A DNA stretch of 64,000 bases from positions 43,045 to 107,044 of the forward strand of contig JADFWU010000004.1 of NCBI GenBank assembly GCA_015234045.1. Reading direction: 5' to 3'. The position numbers were made by a program, and so were the translations under genes. The notes under the pieces are model-generated. The model made no database searches. It had not been told where the DNA came from and saw nothing but the letters and a program-made list of their open reading frames with translations. The number at the start of each line of letters is the position of its first letter. Positions within the stretch are counted from its first letter, which is position 1. Shown here one piece after another: positions 28,043 through 37,871 of the stretch. This stretch comes from Magnetococcales bacterium. GTDB taxonomy: Bacteria > Pseudomonadota > Magnetococcia > Magnetococcales > JADFWU01.

Positions 28043-28213
28043 ATGTTTACACTCTACTTTTCCATATTCATTGTGATGATGATTATTGGACTCTCCATCA
28101 ATCATGGCAGGGATCTCAAATTTGCTTTGGTCGTCCTTGACTCCATCATCCTGTTTGTCGCAGTGACTATGCTTGGTGGTGCGTTTGGCATTTTTGACTT
28201 GCTCTACATCTAA
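28043..28213 (+). CDS. possible small membrane protein (56 aa), below the ORF-track size cutoff
   Basis: I translated it by hand: MFTLYFSIFIVMMIIGLSINHGRDLKFALVVLDSIILFVAVTMLGGAFGIFDLLYI. There are two clear hydrophobic helices, and RBS AGAGGTG lies 5-6 nt upstream of the ATG. Confidence 0.4.
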   Translation: MFTLYFSIFIVMMIIGLSINHGRDLKFALVVLDSIILFVAVTMLGGAFGIFDLLYI

Positions 28214-28356
28214 ATAATTCGGACCATCCTAATCAGTTAATAAATTGAATCTATAGTGATTTTATAAACATTATAACATCTATACTCATAAAATAATGAA
28301 ACAAGCATGAATGTATTCACAATGAGATCAACAGTTGATCAAAATAAGGCGCGCAT

Positions 28357-29352
28357 ATGTCATTGAAACGGGTAGAGGTGATTGTTCCTTTAGATTACAA
28401 AAAGATTTTACAGAACTTTGCCGAAGAGCATGAAGGAGTGATAGAGCACTACATCACCCCTGCCATGGAGGATCAACGAAATTGTCACTATTTCCTACTT
28501 GCAAAAACAGGACGACAGCAGTTTCTGGATGATTTGCAGACCAGGTTGGAAAAAAGCCCTACGGCCCGCATTATCGTTTTTGATGCGGAAAGCACTATTC
28601 CAAAACCCAAGTCACCAGAGCAGGAACAAACTCAACAATCAAGTTTAGCTATTACCCGGGAAAATTTGTACGAACAGGTTTCCCAAGGCGCGGATCTGAC
28701 CGCTACTTTTCTGTTATTGATCTTTCTTTCATCCATAGTCGCAGGCATTGGCCTGCTTGAGAACAACGTTGCCGTGGTAATCGCAGCAATGGTGATTGCG
28801 CCATTACTGGGCCCCAATCTTGCTTTTTCTCTGGGTGTCGCCCTGGGTGACCAACAGTTAATGATCAAGGCTCTTCGAACCAATCTGCTGGGAATTGGAT
28901 TTACAATATTTCTAGCAGTTGTAGCCGGAGCCCTCATCGAATTAGACCTGAACAGTAAAGAACTGTTGTTACGTACCGATGTCGGTTTGGATGGAATGGC
29001 TCTGGCACTGGCTTCAGGGGTGGCTGCGGTGTTGTCGTTAACCGCTGGATTATCTTCCACTCTGGTGGGTGTGATGGTTGCGGTTGCCTTGATGCCCCCT
29101 GCGGTTACCGCCGGTTTGATGTTAGGCAATGGTCATATTGATCTGGCTCTGGGCGCTACCGTGTTATTGCTGGTCAACGTGGTCAGTGTCAATTTATCTG
29201 CCCAAGTGGTTTTTCTGGTCAAAGGAATCAAACCGCGTACATGGTTGGAACAGCGTGCAGCTCGACAATCTGTCACAATCAATCTCGCTATATGGACTTT
29301 TTTGTTATTGATATTGTTCATAACGCTATTCTATGAATTTCATAAACAATAG
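28357..29352 (+). CDS. DUF389/TIGR00341-type integral membrane protein
   Basis: 331 aa. A soluble N-terminal domain of about 110 aa is followed by Gly/Ala-rich transmembrane helices (IAPLLGPNLAFSLGVALGD, ALMPPAVTAGLMLG), which is typical of DUF389. Confidence 0.7.
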   Translation: MSLKRVEVIVPLDYKKILQNFAEEHEGVIEHYITPAMEDQRNCHYFLLAKTGRQQFLDDLQTRLEKSPTARIIVFDAESTIPKPKSPEQEQTQQSSLAITRENLYEQVSQGADLTATFLLLIFLSSIVAGIGLLENNVAVVIAAMVIAPLLGPNLAFSLGVALGDQQLMIKALRTNLLGIGFTIFLAVVAGALIELDLNSKELLLRTDVGLDGMALALASGVAAVLSLTAGLSSTLVGVMVAVALMPPAVTAGLMLGNGHIDLALGATVLLLVNVVSVNLSAQVVFLVKGIKPRTWLEQRAARQSVTINLAIWTFLLLILFITLFYEFHKQ

Positions 29353-29415
29353 TGATATGGATCAATCTCGACAGCATCAGAACACCAAACCACTCTTTCT
29401 GACAGACAATCAGAC

Positions 29416-29763
29416 CTAACGCTCTACATCCAACGCCTGTAGCGCCTCTTTGACAGGATGCCATACCTGACACGGTTCGCTAGACTCCTGTTGTTCTCCT
29501 TTGACACTACGCCGCACGGCCCCTAATAGATTAACCAATGCATCAAGGGCTTCAAAATCCTCTTCCAACACCTGACGAATCCGATGAACGTGACACTGAC
29601 ACTTCTCAGGTGGATTGGGACATAATCCACTGTTTGCCGCCCGGCAACGGTCGGAATGATCGCCCATGCCATGCGGCGTTTTCAGTAGCGCTTCACGCAT
29701 CAGATAGAGATGTGCTAATAGCCGGTCTCGTTCAGTTTTCTCTTTACTGATTTGCATTATCAA
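29416..29763 (-). CDS. hypothetical small Cys/His-rich protein
   Basis: 115 aa ORF containing HSDRCRAANSGLCPNPPEKCQCHVH. I recognise no family. Confidence 0.45.
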   Translation of the reverse strand: MIMQISKEKTERDRLLAHLYLMREALLKTPHGMGDHSDRCRAANSGLCPNPPEKCQCHVHRIRQVLEEDFEALDALVNLLGAVRRSVKGEQQESSEPCQVWHPVKEALQALDVER

Positions 29764-29820
29764 CCGCCTCTCTTTTCTTCATGTGGCGCGACAGGAACGC
29801 TCTGTTCCTTCTGAGATCCC

Positions 29821-29862
29821 AAAATACAAAAACCCCGCTGGAGATATTCCAACAGGGTTTTT
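29821..29862 (-). terminator. rho-independent terminator of glnA
   Basis: On the minus strand, AAAAACCCTGTTGG pairs imperfectly with CCAGCGGGGTTTTT and is followed by GTATTTT. It lies about 70 nt downstream of the glnA stop. Confidence 0.6.
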
Positions 29863-29934
29863 GACATTTCGCAACTCTATCCATCAAAGCTATCGTGAAA
29901 ACCGCCAAGCAGCTTTCACGTAGCCATGAAGAAA

Positions 29935-31359
29935 TTAGACAGAGTAGTACATTTCAAACTCAACTGGATGAGGCGCATGTTCCCATGCATAGACATCATC
30001 CATTTTCAGTTTGATCCAGGCATCGATCAGGTCATCGCTGAACACGTCGCCTTTGAGGAGATATTCGCGATCTTCACTCAGGGCGTTAAGCGCCTCACGA
30101 AGACTACCACAAACAGTCGGAATATCTTTCAACTCCTCGGGTGGCAGATCATAGAGGTTCTTATCCATAGGTGCGCCTGGGTCGATCTTGTTATCGATAC
30201 CGTCAAGGCCAGCCATCAGCAACGCGGCAAATGCCAAGTAACCGTTGGCAGTGGGATCTGGGAAGCGAATCTCAGCCCGTTTTGCTTTAGGATTGTTGGA
30301 AGAAGGAATACGAATGGAAGCCGAACGGTTACGGGCAGAGTGTGCCAACAGAACCGGAGCTTCAAATCCAGGAATCAACCGTTTGTATGAGTTGGTTGAT
30401 GGATTGGTGAACGCATTCAAGCTACGTGCATGCTTTTTGATGCCGCCGATGAAGTGCAGAGCCATCTCGGAGAGATCAGCATACTCGTTACCGGCGAACA
30501 GAGGCACGCCATCTTTCCAGATGGACATATGCACATGCATGCCGCTTCCGTTATCACCAGCCAGAGGCTTAGGCATGAATGTAGCAGTTTTACCATAAGC
30601 ATGGGCCACATTATGAACCACATACTTAAAGGTTTGCAGATCATCAGCCATGCTCAACAGGCTATCAAAACGCATGTCGATTTCGTTCTGACCAGCAGTT
30701 GCAACTTCATGATGATGGAATTCAATGGTCAATCCCATCTCTTGCATGATGCTGGACATTTCAGAACGCATGTCCTGGAATGAATCGGTAGGCGGTACTG
30801 GGAAGTAGCCCCCCTTAATACCTGGACGATGGCCATAGTTACCATCTTCGAAATCACGGCCGGAGTTCCAAGCACCTTCTTCAGACTCAATGTGATAGAA
30901 CACTTTGTGCATGTCTTGGGAGGTGAAGCGAGCTGAATCAAAGATGAAAAATTCAGCTTCAGGACCAACATTGATGGTGTCGCCGAGACCGGAATATTTC
31001 AGGTAGGCTTCAGCACGTTTGGCCACACCACGTGGATCACGGAGATAGCCCTCACCAGTGTAAGGATCAACAACATCGCAGATGAAGATCAGTGTGGGGA
31101 CTTCTGTGAAAGGGTCCAGCACAGCCGTTGTAGGATCTGGAACATAGGCCATGTCAGATTGGTTAATCTCACACCAACCTGCGATTGAGGAGCCATCAAA
31201 ACCAAGGCCACTTTCGAACACATCATCATTCAACATCGCGGCTGGAGCAGTAATATGTTGCCACTTGCCTTTGAAGTCTGTGAAACGAAAGTCAACGTAT
31301 TTTACGTCGTTTTCCTTGATCATGGAATACACTTTGCTAATTGCTTCCTGATTCGCCAT
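29935..31359 (-). CDS. glnA: glutamine synthetase, type I
   Basis: [19 protein letters not shown], the MHVHMS region, [10 protein letters not shown] and the adenylylation-loop-like NLYDLPPEE are present. The start is set at [10 protein letters not shown] (31359), preceded by AGAGG. The track ORF extends to 31431. Confidence 0.97.
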   Translation of the reverse strand: MANQEAISKVYSMIKENDVKYVDFRFTDFKGKWQHITAPAAMLNDDVFESGLGFDGSSIAGWCEINQSDMAYVPDPTTAVLDPFTEVPTLIFICDVVDPYTGEGYLRDPRGVAKRAEAYLKYSGLGDTINVGPEAEFFIFDSARFTSQDMHKVFYHIESEEGAWNSGRDFEDGNYGHRPGIKGGYFPVPPTDSFQDMRSEMSSIMQEMGLTIEFHHHEVATAGQNEIDMRFDSLLSMADDLQTFKYVVHNVAHAYGKTATFMPKPLAGDNGSGMHVHMSIWKDGVPLFAGNEYADLSEMALHFIGGIKKHARSLNAFTNPSTNSYKRLIPGFEAPVLLAHSARNRSASIRIPSSNNPKAKRAEIRFPDPTANGYLAFAALLMAGLDGIDNKIDPGAPMDKNLYDLPPEELKDIPTVCGSLREALNALSEDREYLLKGDVFSDDLIDAWIKLKMDDVYAWEHAPHPVEFEMYYSV

Positions 31360-31798
31360 GCTTACCTCTTCGCTCATAATCAAATATTGATCTTGGATCT
31401 CTTCTACATTCTTTGATAGAAGAACCGGCACTATATTATTGAATTCAGTCTAAAGCCATGGTGCATGTGCATTAGGGGATGCTATTTTTTTTGCATCGCC
31501 TCTTGACATCGTCAATATCGCAACCCATATGCCAGTTGGATAAAAAAATAGGCACACCGGCTATCTTATTATTTTCATTGTATTAATTTATCCATATTAA
31601 AATATATGCACCCATAACCCTAGAGGACAAGAAACAGATATGACTATATATTAATCAATATTGCTTAAAAAACATGCATAAGTGGATATTTTTTAGCCAC
31701 TCCTTAACGAAAAACCGGAATCCTATCTTGGAATCACATCATAGTGATTATCCGGTAATCACCTTCTGACACCATGACCCTCAAAACCAGGTGACACC

Positions 31799-32752
31799 AT
31801 GTCGGAGAAAATGATTGAAATCCTCGGTCTGTCTCGCCGTTTTGGCCAGACTCAGGCTTTGGATAATATTAATCTAGAAGTTAACAGAGGCGAAGTAATG
31901 GGCTTTCTTGGCCCAAACGGTGCCGGAAAAACCACCGCAATGCGTATCCTGTCCGGCTTACTATCGCCCTCCTCTGGACACGTACGTGTTGCTGGGATGG
32001 ATATCTTAAACGAGCCCATCAAAGTACGACAGTCCATCGGATTCCTACCGGAAACACCGCCCATTTATGGCGAGATGACTGTACGGGAATATCTGACTTA
32101 TCTGGCCAGTCTACGCGGCGTTGGCAAAGGTGCTCTCAAGCAGTCGGTCAATGATGCCATGGACCGTTGCGGCCTGACAGCCGTATCACACCGCCTGCTC
32201 CGCAACCTTTCAAAAGGGTATCGGCAGCGTGCCGGTATTGCTCAGGCTATCGTTCATAAACCGGATATCGTTATCCTGGATGAACCAACCGTTGGGCTGG
32301 ACCCTATTCAGATCCGGGAAATTCGTAAATTGATCCGTGAACTGGGTGGCGAACACTCGGTACTGCTCTCCACGCATATTTTGCCAGAAGTGCAGATGAC
32401 CTGTGATCGGGTTTCGGTGATTAATAACGGTCGCATCGTAGCCCAAGACACCCTCGCCGGCCTGGAGGCGCGTCAAAAAGCCGCAAAAGGATTGCGCTTT
32501 GTCTGGGATAATCCGCCGGATGATGCCACGTTACAATCCATTCCCGGCGTTGCTGAATTGCAAACCGATGGCGATGCAAAATTGATCATTCCAAATAAAA
32601 ATCAAGATCCACGCGCTGAACTGGTTAAACGTTCTGTAGAAAACAATTGGGGCCTGCTCGAACTCAGACCTGTGGAACACTCTCTGGAAGAGATCTTTGT
32701 CCAACTCACCACCATGGAACCCCAAGGCAACAACACGGAGGTGTCCCAATGA
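31799..32752 (+). CDS. ABC transporter ATP-binding protein (ABC-2 / GldA-like)
   Basis: Walker A GPNGAGKTT, signature LSKGYRQR and Walker B VILDEPTVGLD. Confidence 0.93.
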   Translation: MSEKMIEILGLSRRFGQTQALDNINLEVNRGEVMGFLGPNGAGKTTAMRILSGLLSPSSGHVRVAGMDILNEPIKVRQSIGFLPETPPIYGEMTVREYLTYLASLRGVGKGALKQSVNDAMDRCGLTAVSHRLLRNLSKGYRQRAGIAQAIVHKPDIVILDEPTVGLDPIQIREIRKLIRELGGEHSVLLSTHILPEVQMTCDRVSVINNGRIVAQDTLAGLEARQKAAKGLRFVWDNPPDDATLQSIPGVAELQTDGDAKLIIPNKNQDPRAELVKRSVENNWGLLELRPVEHSLEEIFVQLTTMEPQGNNTEVSQ

Positions 32753-33528
32753 GAGCCATTTTCACCATTGCCTTTCGGGAGTGGCGCACACTGTTTCAAT
32801 CGCCTCTGGCCTGGACCCTGTTGGCCGTGCTATTTGCCATAAGCGCCTACCTGTTCAACTCCATGATCCATTATTACAACCAGTTGCAAATGCAAATTCG
32901 CATGTCGGGTTACGGTGGTGATCAGATTCAGGAGCTGCCCTTTACTGAAGTGGCCATCAGCCCAATGTTGGGCAATACGGCTATCATTTTATTGCTGATC
33001 ATGCCGATGATTACCATGCGCTTAATCGCCGATGAAAAACGCCGTGACACCTGGCCTGCACTGGCCTGTTCACCGCTTTCTCCAATGCAGATTATTCTCG
33101 GTAAATATCTGGGTCTTCTGCTATTTCTGCTGGTTACTGTCCTACTGTTGTCACTGCTGCCATTGAGCATCATGCCTTATGCCTCACCGGACATGGGCCA
33201 AGTCATATCTGGATTCCTCGGACTATTTCTGCTTGCTGCTTCATTTGGCGCTGTTGGCCTGGCCGCCTCAAGCAGTACCGACAATCCCATCGTTGCCTCG
33301 GTGTCCACCTTCGGTATTCTGCTCGGACTGTGGATTATCAGCTGGATGGGTGGAGAAATCTCCGGCAGTGCTGGCGCGATATTCTCCTATCTTTCACTGA
33401 TTGATCATTATCAACCGTTTCTGAGTGGTGTCATATCCAGCACCGATCTTTTCTATTTTATTCTACTCTCAGTGGCCGGGCTTCTGTTTGCCCGTCAGCG
33501 ACTGATGGCAGAACGGATTAACGGTTAA
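32749..33528 (+). CDS. ABC-2 type transporter permease (GldF-like)
   Basis: Six-helix hydrophobic protein. The ATG at 32749 overlaps the upstream TGA (ATGA coupling). The longer track ORF start (32647) lies inside the ATPase gene. Confidence 0.85.
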   Translation: MRAIFTIAFREWRTLFQSPLAWTLLAVLFAISAYLFNSMIHYYNQLQMQIRMSGYGGDQIQELPFTEVAISPMLGNTAIILLLIMPMITMRLIADEKRRDTWPALACSPLSPMQIILGKYLGLLLFLLVTVLLLSLLPLSIMPYASPDMGQVISGFLGLFLLAASFGAVGLAASSSTDNPIVASVSTFGILLGLWIISWMGGEISGSAGAIFSYLSLIDHYQPFLSGVISSTDLFYFILLSVAGLLFARQRLMAERING

Positions 33529-33543
33529 TTAACGGAGGAGATC

Positions 33544-34890
33544 ATGAGTAATAAACCAGAAAGCCGAACCAACCTCCGTGTTCAGAATATGATCATGAGT
33601 CTGTTACTGGTCGCCCTGTTGGCTTTGGGTGCTTTTGCCAGTCAACGCTACTCTGTCCAGTGGGATATGACCGCCAACAAACGTCACTCGCTGGCTGAAC
33701 AGTCCATAAAAGCCATTCAATCATTTGAAAGCGGTCTGACCGCCACTGTTTATGTGCGTGAAAAAGGCGACCTGAAATCCAGCATTAAAACCCTATTGGA
33801 GCGCTACCAACAATTCAATGCCGATCTGGCTATCCGCTTTGTTGATCCAGAATTAGATCCTACCTCTGCACGGGAACAAGAGATCACCAGCTTTGGCACC
33901 ATTGTTCTGGGTGCTGACGCACGTTCTGAGAAAATTACTGAATCCAGTGAAGAAGCGATCACCAACGGTCTCATTCGTTTATCCAAAGGGTCAAGCAAAA
34001 CCATCCGCTTCATCACCGGTCACGGTGAGCGCAGCATGGATGGCAAAGGACGTTCTTCTTTATCGGGTGCTATCTCATTCCTGAAAGGAGAAGGGTATCA
34101 GACAGATAAAATCAATCTTTCCGCAGTTGAAACCATCCCGGATCAAACAGCCGCGCTGATCTTGGCTGGCCCGGCAAAACCACTCCTGCCCATCGAAGTA
34201 GAGCGCCTCTCCACCTGGTTGGATAAGGGTGGTCGATTGATGGTGCTGAACGATCCTGAACGTGATACCGGTCTTGAACAGACCTTGGAAAAATGGGGTA
34301 TCCGTTTCATGGACGGTGTGGTGATTGATCCGGTAAGCCGTCTGTTTGGCGGTACACCGACCACGCCCCTGATCATGCAATATGATTCAGGACATGCCAT
34401 CACTAAAAATCTAAACGCTGCAACCTTCCTGCCTGATGCACGTGGTCTTGAACTCTCTGACCATACAGCAGAAACGGGTGGACAAAAACCAACTGGTATT
34501 TTGGTCGGTGCTGCAAATGGCTGGGCTGAGTTGGGGTCTCTCTCCTCTGGTTCGGTAAAATTCGATGAGGGAGAAGACCAAAAAGGTCCAATCACCTTGG
34601 GCGCGACCTATCAACAAAACAACATGCGCCTTGTGGTTGTCGGTGATTCTGACTTTGCCACCAATGGCTATTTAAACTTTACCGGCAATACGGATCTGTT
34701 TCTCAACATGGTGCGCTGGTTGGCAGAAGATGAAGACTTTATCGCCATTAAGCCAAAAAGCATCACTGATGCCGGGTTAACACTCACAGCGTCAGACGGT
34801 GCCATGTTGTTCTGGATATTGGTCTTAATCATTCCCGCGTCTATTCTTGGGTTGGGCCTCGGTATCTGGATTCGCCGCAAGCGTCAGTAG
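33544..34890 (+). CDS. GldG-family ABC-transport auxiliary protein
   Basis: 448 aa. It has N- and C-terminal transmembrane anchors around a large periplasmic domain, and it sits after the ABC-2 ATPase and permease, as in gldAFG-type operons. Confidence 0.78.
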   Translation: MSNKPESRTNLRVQNMIMSLLLVALLALGAFASQRYSVQWDMTANKRHSLAEQSIKAIQSFESGLTATVYVREKGDLKSSIKTLLERYQQFNADLAIRFVDPELDPTSAREQEITSFGTIVLGADARSEKITESSEEAITNGLIRLSKGSSKTIRFITGHGERSMDGKGRSSLSGAISFLKGEGYQTDKINLSAVETIPDQTAALILAGPAKPLLPIEVERLSTWLDKGGRLMVLNDPERDTGLEQTLEKWGIRFMDGVVIDPVSRLFGGTPTTPLIMQYDSGHAITKNLNAATFLPDARGLELSDHTAETGGQKPTGILVGAANGWAELGSLSSGSVKFDEGEDQKGPITLGATYQQNNMRLVVVGDSDFATNGYLNFTGNTDLFLNMVRWLAEDEDFIAIKPKSITDAGLTLTASDGAMLFWILVLIIPASILGLGLGIWIRRKRQ

Positions 34891-34907
34891 TAAAAGGAGA
34901 TATAACC

Positions 34908-36233
34908 ATGTCCAAAGGATGGTTGACCAATATTGTCCTATTGCTGTTTATCGGTGGCGCAGGTGCAGGACTTTGGTGGATGGACCGGCAAGAGAGCAGT
35001 GAGAAAGCACAAGAAGAGGCTTCCCGCGTGCTCTCTACGCTCAAGGCCGATGAAATATCCCTACTCTCTTTTCAGGATGAAGAGGGCGATGAGATCAGCA
35101 TGGAGAAAAGTGATGCCGGTTGGAAAATCAACCAGCCACGCAGCTATATCACCGATCAGGATGCAGTGGCTGAAACACTACGCATTGTCACAAAAAGCTA
35201 TCAACGCCATGTAACAGACACGCCTGCCGACCTGTCCATATTCGGCATGGAAAAACCGGTCGCCAAACTGGTTTTGACTGGAAAAGAAAAGCAGCAAACA
35301 TTCATCCTGGGTAGCTCTTCTCCTACCAGTGGCAACCGCTATCTACGTCTTGATGCCGAAGGTCCGGTGGTTTTGGTGCCAAAAGCTGTAGCCGATAGCA
35401 TGATGCGTAAGGTAGATGCCTTTCGGCAAAAAAAGATCATAACCGGTCTAACAGCCAAAGACATCACCCGTCTGGTACGTACCAGCACCCGTTCACCTGA
35501 GTCCGATATGGTAATCAGTGGCAACAGTACCGAAGGCTGGCAACTCACTGGCCCAATCACTGATAAAGTTGGTGCCAACCGGTTTACCAGTTGGATTGAT
35601 CAACTACTGCTTGGTCGCGGTTCCGGCTTTAGTGAATCGTTGACTGATACACCACATTGGACTCTGGAGGTAACCTGGAAATCAGGCGAAAATGAACAGA
35701 AACAAACCCTGAAATTCTGGAATCCTGACCAAAAACAACTGCTGGTCCAACGGCCCGGTGAAGCAGACAGCCTGGAACTATACTCCTATATGCTGAAAGA
35801 TCTGGATAAAGAACCGCTCACTTTGCTGGATCATCGTCCTTTTGCACTATCCAGTTCCATCACTGGCCTGAAACTGACAGCCGGTGATCAAACACATGAA
35901 GCATCCTTTGTGGATAAATGGCCTGATCCATCCTGGAATACCCTTGCAGACCTGCTCAAAGAAGAGGGCTGGAATACACGACTGACCGCCCCGGTAACGG
36001 ATCCGCTTGTTGTGTTAACTGCCACCGTGGATGGCAACCAGGTGGAAATTCCAGTTACCAAAGAGAGCAACACTTTTATCCTGGCTCTGCCGAATCGACC
36101 GGTTCATATCTCTCTGACCCGTATTCAGTCGGAGCAGTTTCAGGACATTTTACAAAACCTGCTTCCAGAACAGTTCAAACCAAAGCAGGAAGCGTTAGAA
36201 CAGCCACAATCTGACATACCATCACCTGAATAA
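34908..36233 (+). CDS. DUF4340-like protein, fourth gene of the ABC-2/GldG operon
   Basis: 441 aa with a single N-terminal transmembrane helix. The conserved operon position after gldG supports the call. The family assignment rests on context and architecture only. Confidence 0.65.
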   Translation: MSKGWLTNIVLLLFIGGAGAGLWWMDRQESSEKAQEEASRVLSTLKADEISLLSFQDEEGDEISMEKSDAGWKINQPRSYITDQDAVAETLRIVTKSYQRHVTDTPADLSIFGMEKPVAKLVLTGKEKQQTFILGSSSPTSGNRYLRLDAEGPVVLVPKAVADSMMRKVDAFRQKKIITGLTAKDITRLVRTSTRSPESDMVISGNSTEGWQLTGPITDKVGANRFTSWIDQLLLGRGSGFSESLTDTPHWTLEVTWKSGENEQKQTLKFWNPDQKQLLVQRPGEADSLELYSYMLKDLDKEPLTLLDHRPFALSSSITGLKLTAGDQTHEASFVDKWPDPSWNTLADLLKEEGWNTRLTAPVTDPLVVLTATVDGNQVEIPVTKESNTFILALPNRPVHISLTRIQSEQFQDILQNLLPEQFKPKQEALEQPQSDIPSPE

Positions 36234-36249
36234 TTCGACACCTCTTGAT

Positions 36250-36282
36250 GGGCACTGAAATCCACTTTCAGTGCCCATTTTT
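36250..36282 (+). terminator. rho-independent terminator of the ABC-2/GldG operon
   Basis: GGGCACTGAAA (36250-36260) pairs with TTTCAGTGCCC (36266-36276), followed by ATTTTT. Confidence 0.8.
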
Positions 36283-36365
36283 CTTACCCTTTTCCCAACC
36301 TCTGAACATTTTTTTCTTATCTCCTGGCACAATCCATCCGATGGACTCTACATAGCCTTCTTCAC

Positions 36366-36965
36366 ATGCATCATATACAGGGTCATGCTATGAGTGCCGA
36401 ATGGAAACGCCCAGACACCCGCCCAAAACTTAAAGAAAAACCAGGTTTCACACCCTTCAACCACCATTTTCAGACCGGTGAAGAACTGCCCTACCAAAAA
36501 CCCCCTGTTGAAGAAATCTTGAAGATGCCCCCACAGGATGAACGCTATGTGCGTTTGCCGGATTACCTGTTAAAAAATCTTCGTCCGCCGCCGCCTCCTC
36601 CTCCGGTCAATCCGTTTAAAGAAATGGACGACAAGGAGATCGCTAAAGCCGAAGCAAAAATCGCTAAACAGCTTCCGCCTGAGGCAGATATCACCCTATG
36701 GGAAACCTTGGAGGAGGTTTATGCACCGATTTCACTGGATAATCCCGTCAGTCAGGTCTTAGAATCAATTCAGGAAGATTGCCGAAACTGGTATGATCAA
36801 AAAGCCATCTCTCAAGAACAGATGACCACTTGCAATGATGCGTTGAAAGATATCGGTTATCGATATATGAATCAATTGGATAAGATTGCTGATTGGTATC
36901 TTGAAAACATGTTTCGCATCATCAAAAATCCACCGCTGATGGAAGATGCACTGGACAATGATTAA
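36366..36965 (+). CDS. hypothetical protein with a poly-proline stretch
   Basis: 199 aa ORF containing LRPPPPPPPVNP. I recognise no family and the start is uncertain (MSAEWK is an alternative). Confidence 0.5.
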   Translation: MHHIQGHAMSAEWKRPDTRPKLKEKPGFTPFNHHFQTGEELPYQKPPVEEILKMPPQDERYVRLPDYLLKNLRPPPPPPPVNPFKEMDDKEIAKAEAKIAKQLPPEADITLWETLEEVYAPISLDNPVSQVLESIQEDCRNWYDQKAISQEQMTTCNDALKDIGYRYMNQLDKIADWYLENMFRIIKNPPLMEDALDND

Positions 36966-37163
36966 TCCATGCAATGGAAATCCTGTTGTTTTATCAGGTT
37001 ATGTGTATTACAAAGCATAGATAGGTTCTGTTAAACGGCTGGCCTGGAGCACTGTTGAACGGTGCGACTATCGTTCTGCCGTTCAAGAACCCTCAGTCTT
37101 CTATATCGATAGAGTCCTGCGCATGCCGCGTGCTCTTTTTCTCTACTGACAGGAACACCATTT

Positions 37164-37844
37164 ATGGGTGCGACCAGTCCCTTTCCAACACTGTTTGGCC
37201 GTTCACCTTTTAAATCCTTGCGCCTGCATATGCACAAATCCCTTGAATGTGCAGAGCTTGTTCCAGATCTGTTATCTGCACTTGGAAAAGAAAATTGGAA
37301 TGAGATCAATACACTGCGTAACATGATTTTTGATCTGGAATCCGAAGCAGATGCGATAAAAAATGACCTTCGATCCCATCTTCCAAAAAGTCTGTTCATG
37401 CCTGTTGATCGGCGCGATATTCTCGAACTCCTTGATCTACAAGACTCCATTGCCGATGTTGCCGAAGATTTAGGTGAACTATTGGTCAAACGGCCCATAT
37501 CACCACCAAAAACGCTTCACCAGCCGATGCAAGAACTGGCGCAAAAAAGCGTTGAGGCCTGTCGTCTATCCTGCAAACTTGTTGATGGTTTGGAAGAGAT
37601 GACTGGCTTTGGCTTCAGCGGTAACGCAATGCAACGCACCCTTGAGATCGTAGATCAGCTGGATAAAGTAGAAAAAGAGACCGATCAACTGGGCATGACG
37701 CTAGCCATTACACTGTTTAGTCTGGAAGATGATGTGAAACCGGTTTCAATGATATGTTGGTATCAAATGTTTCAATGGCTAGGCAATCTGGCCGATTATG
37801 CGGAGAAAATTGGTAGCAGGATGCGACTTTTTGTCGCACGATAA
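37164..37844 (+). CDS. DUF47/TIGR00153 family protein (PhoU-like Pit accessory protein)
   Basis: 226 aa helical protein immediately upstream of a PiT transporter, the conserved pairing. It contains the typical segments E-ADAIKNDLRSHL and RRDILELLDLQDSIADVAED. Confidence 0.85.
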   Translation: MGATSPFPTLFGRSPFKSLRLHMHKSLECAELVPDLLSALGKENWNEINTLRNMIFDLESEADAIKNDLRSHLPKSLFMPVDRRDILELLDLQDSIADVAEDLGELLVKRPISPPKTLHQPMQELAQKSVEACRLSCKLVDGLEEMTGFGFSGNAMQRTLEIVDQLDKVEKETDQLGMTLAITLFSLEDDVKPVSMICWYQMFQWLGNLADYAEKIGSRMRLFVAR

Positions 37845-37871
37845 TGACCAAAAACTTATATTGGATATCCC

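Noticed and set aside
31360-31798. A sigma-54 (TGGCAC-N5-TTGCA) promoter and NtrC sites upstream of glnA.
   Set aside because: Only isolated half-site-like fragments (GCACCA, TGCACC) were seen. There is no properly spaced -24/-12 element on the minus strand that I could verify by eye.
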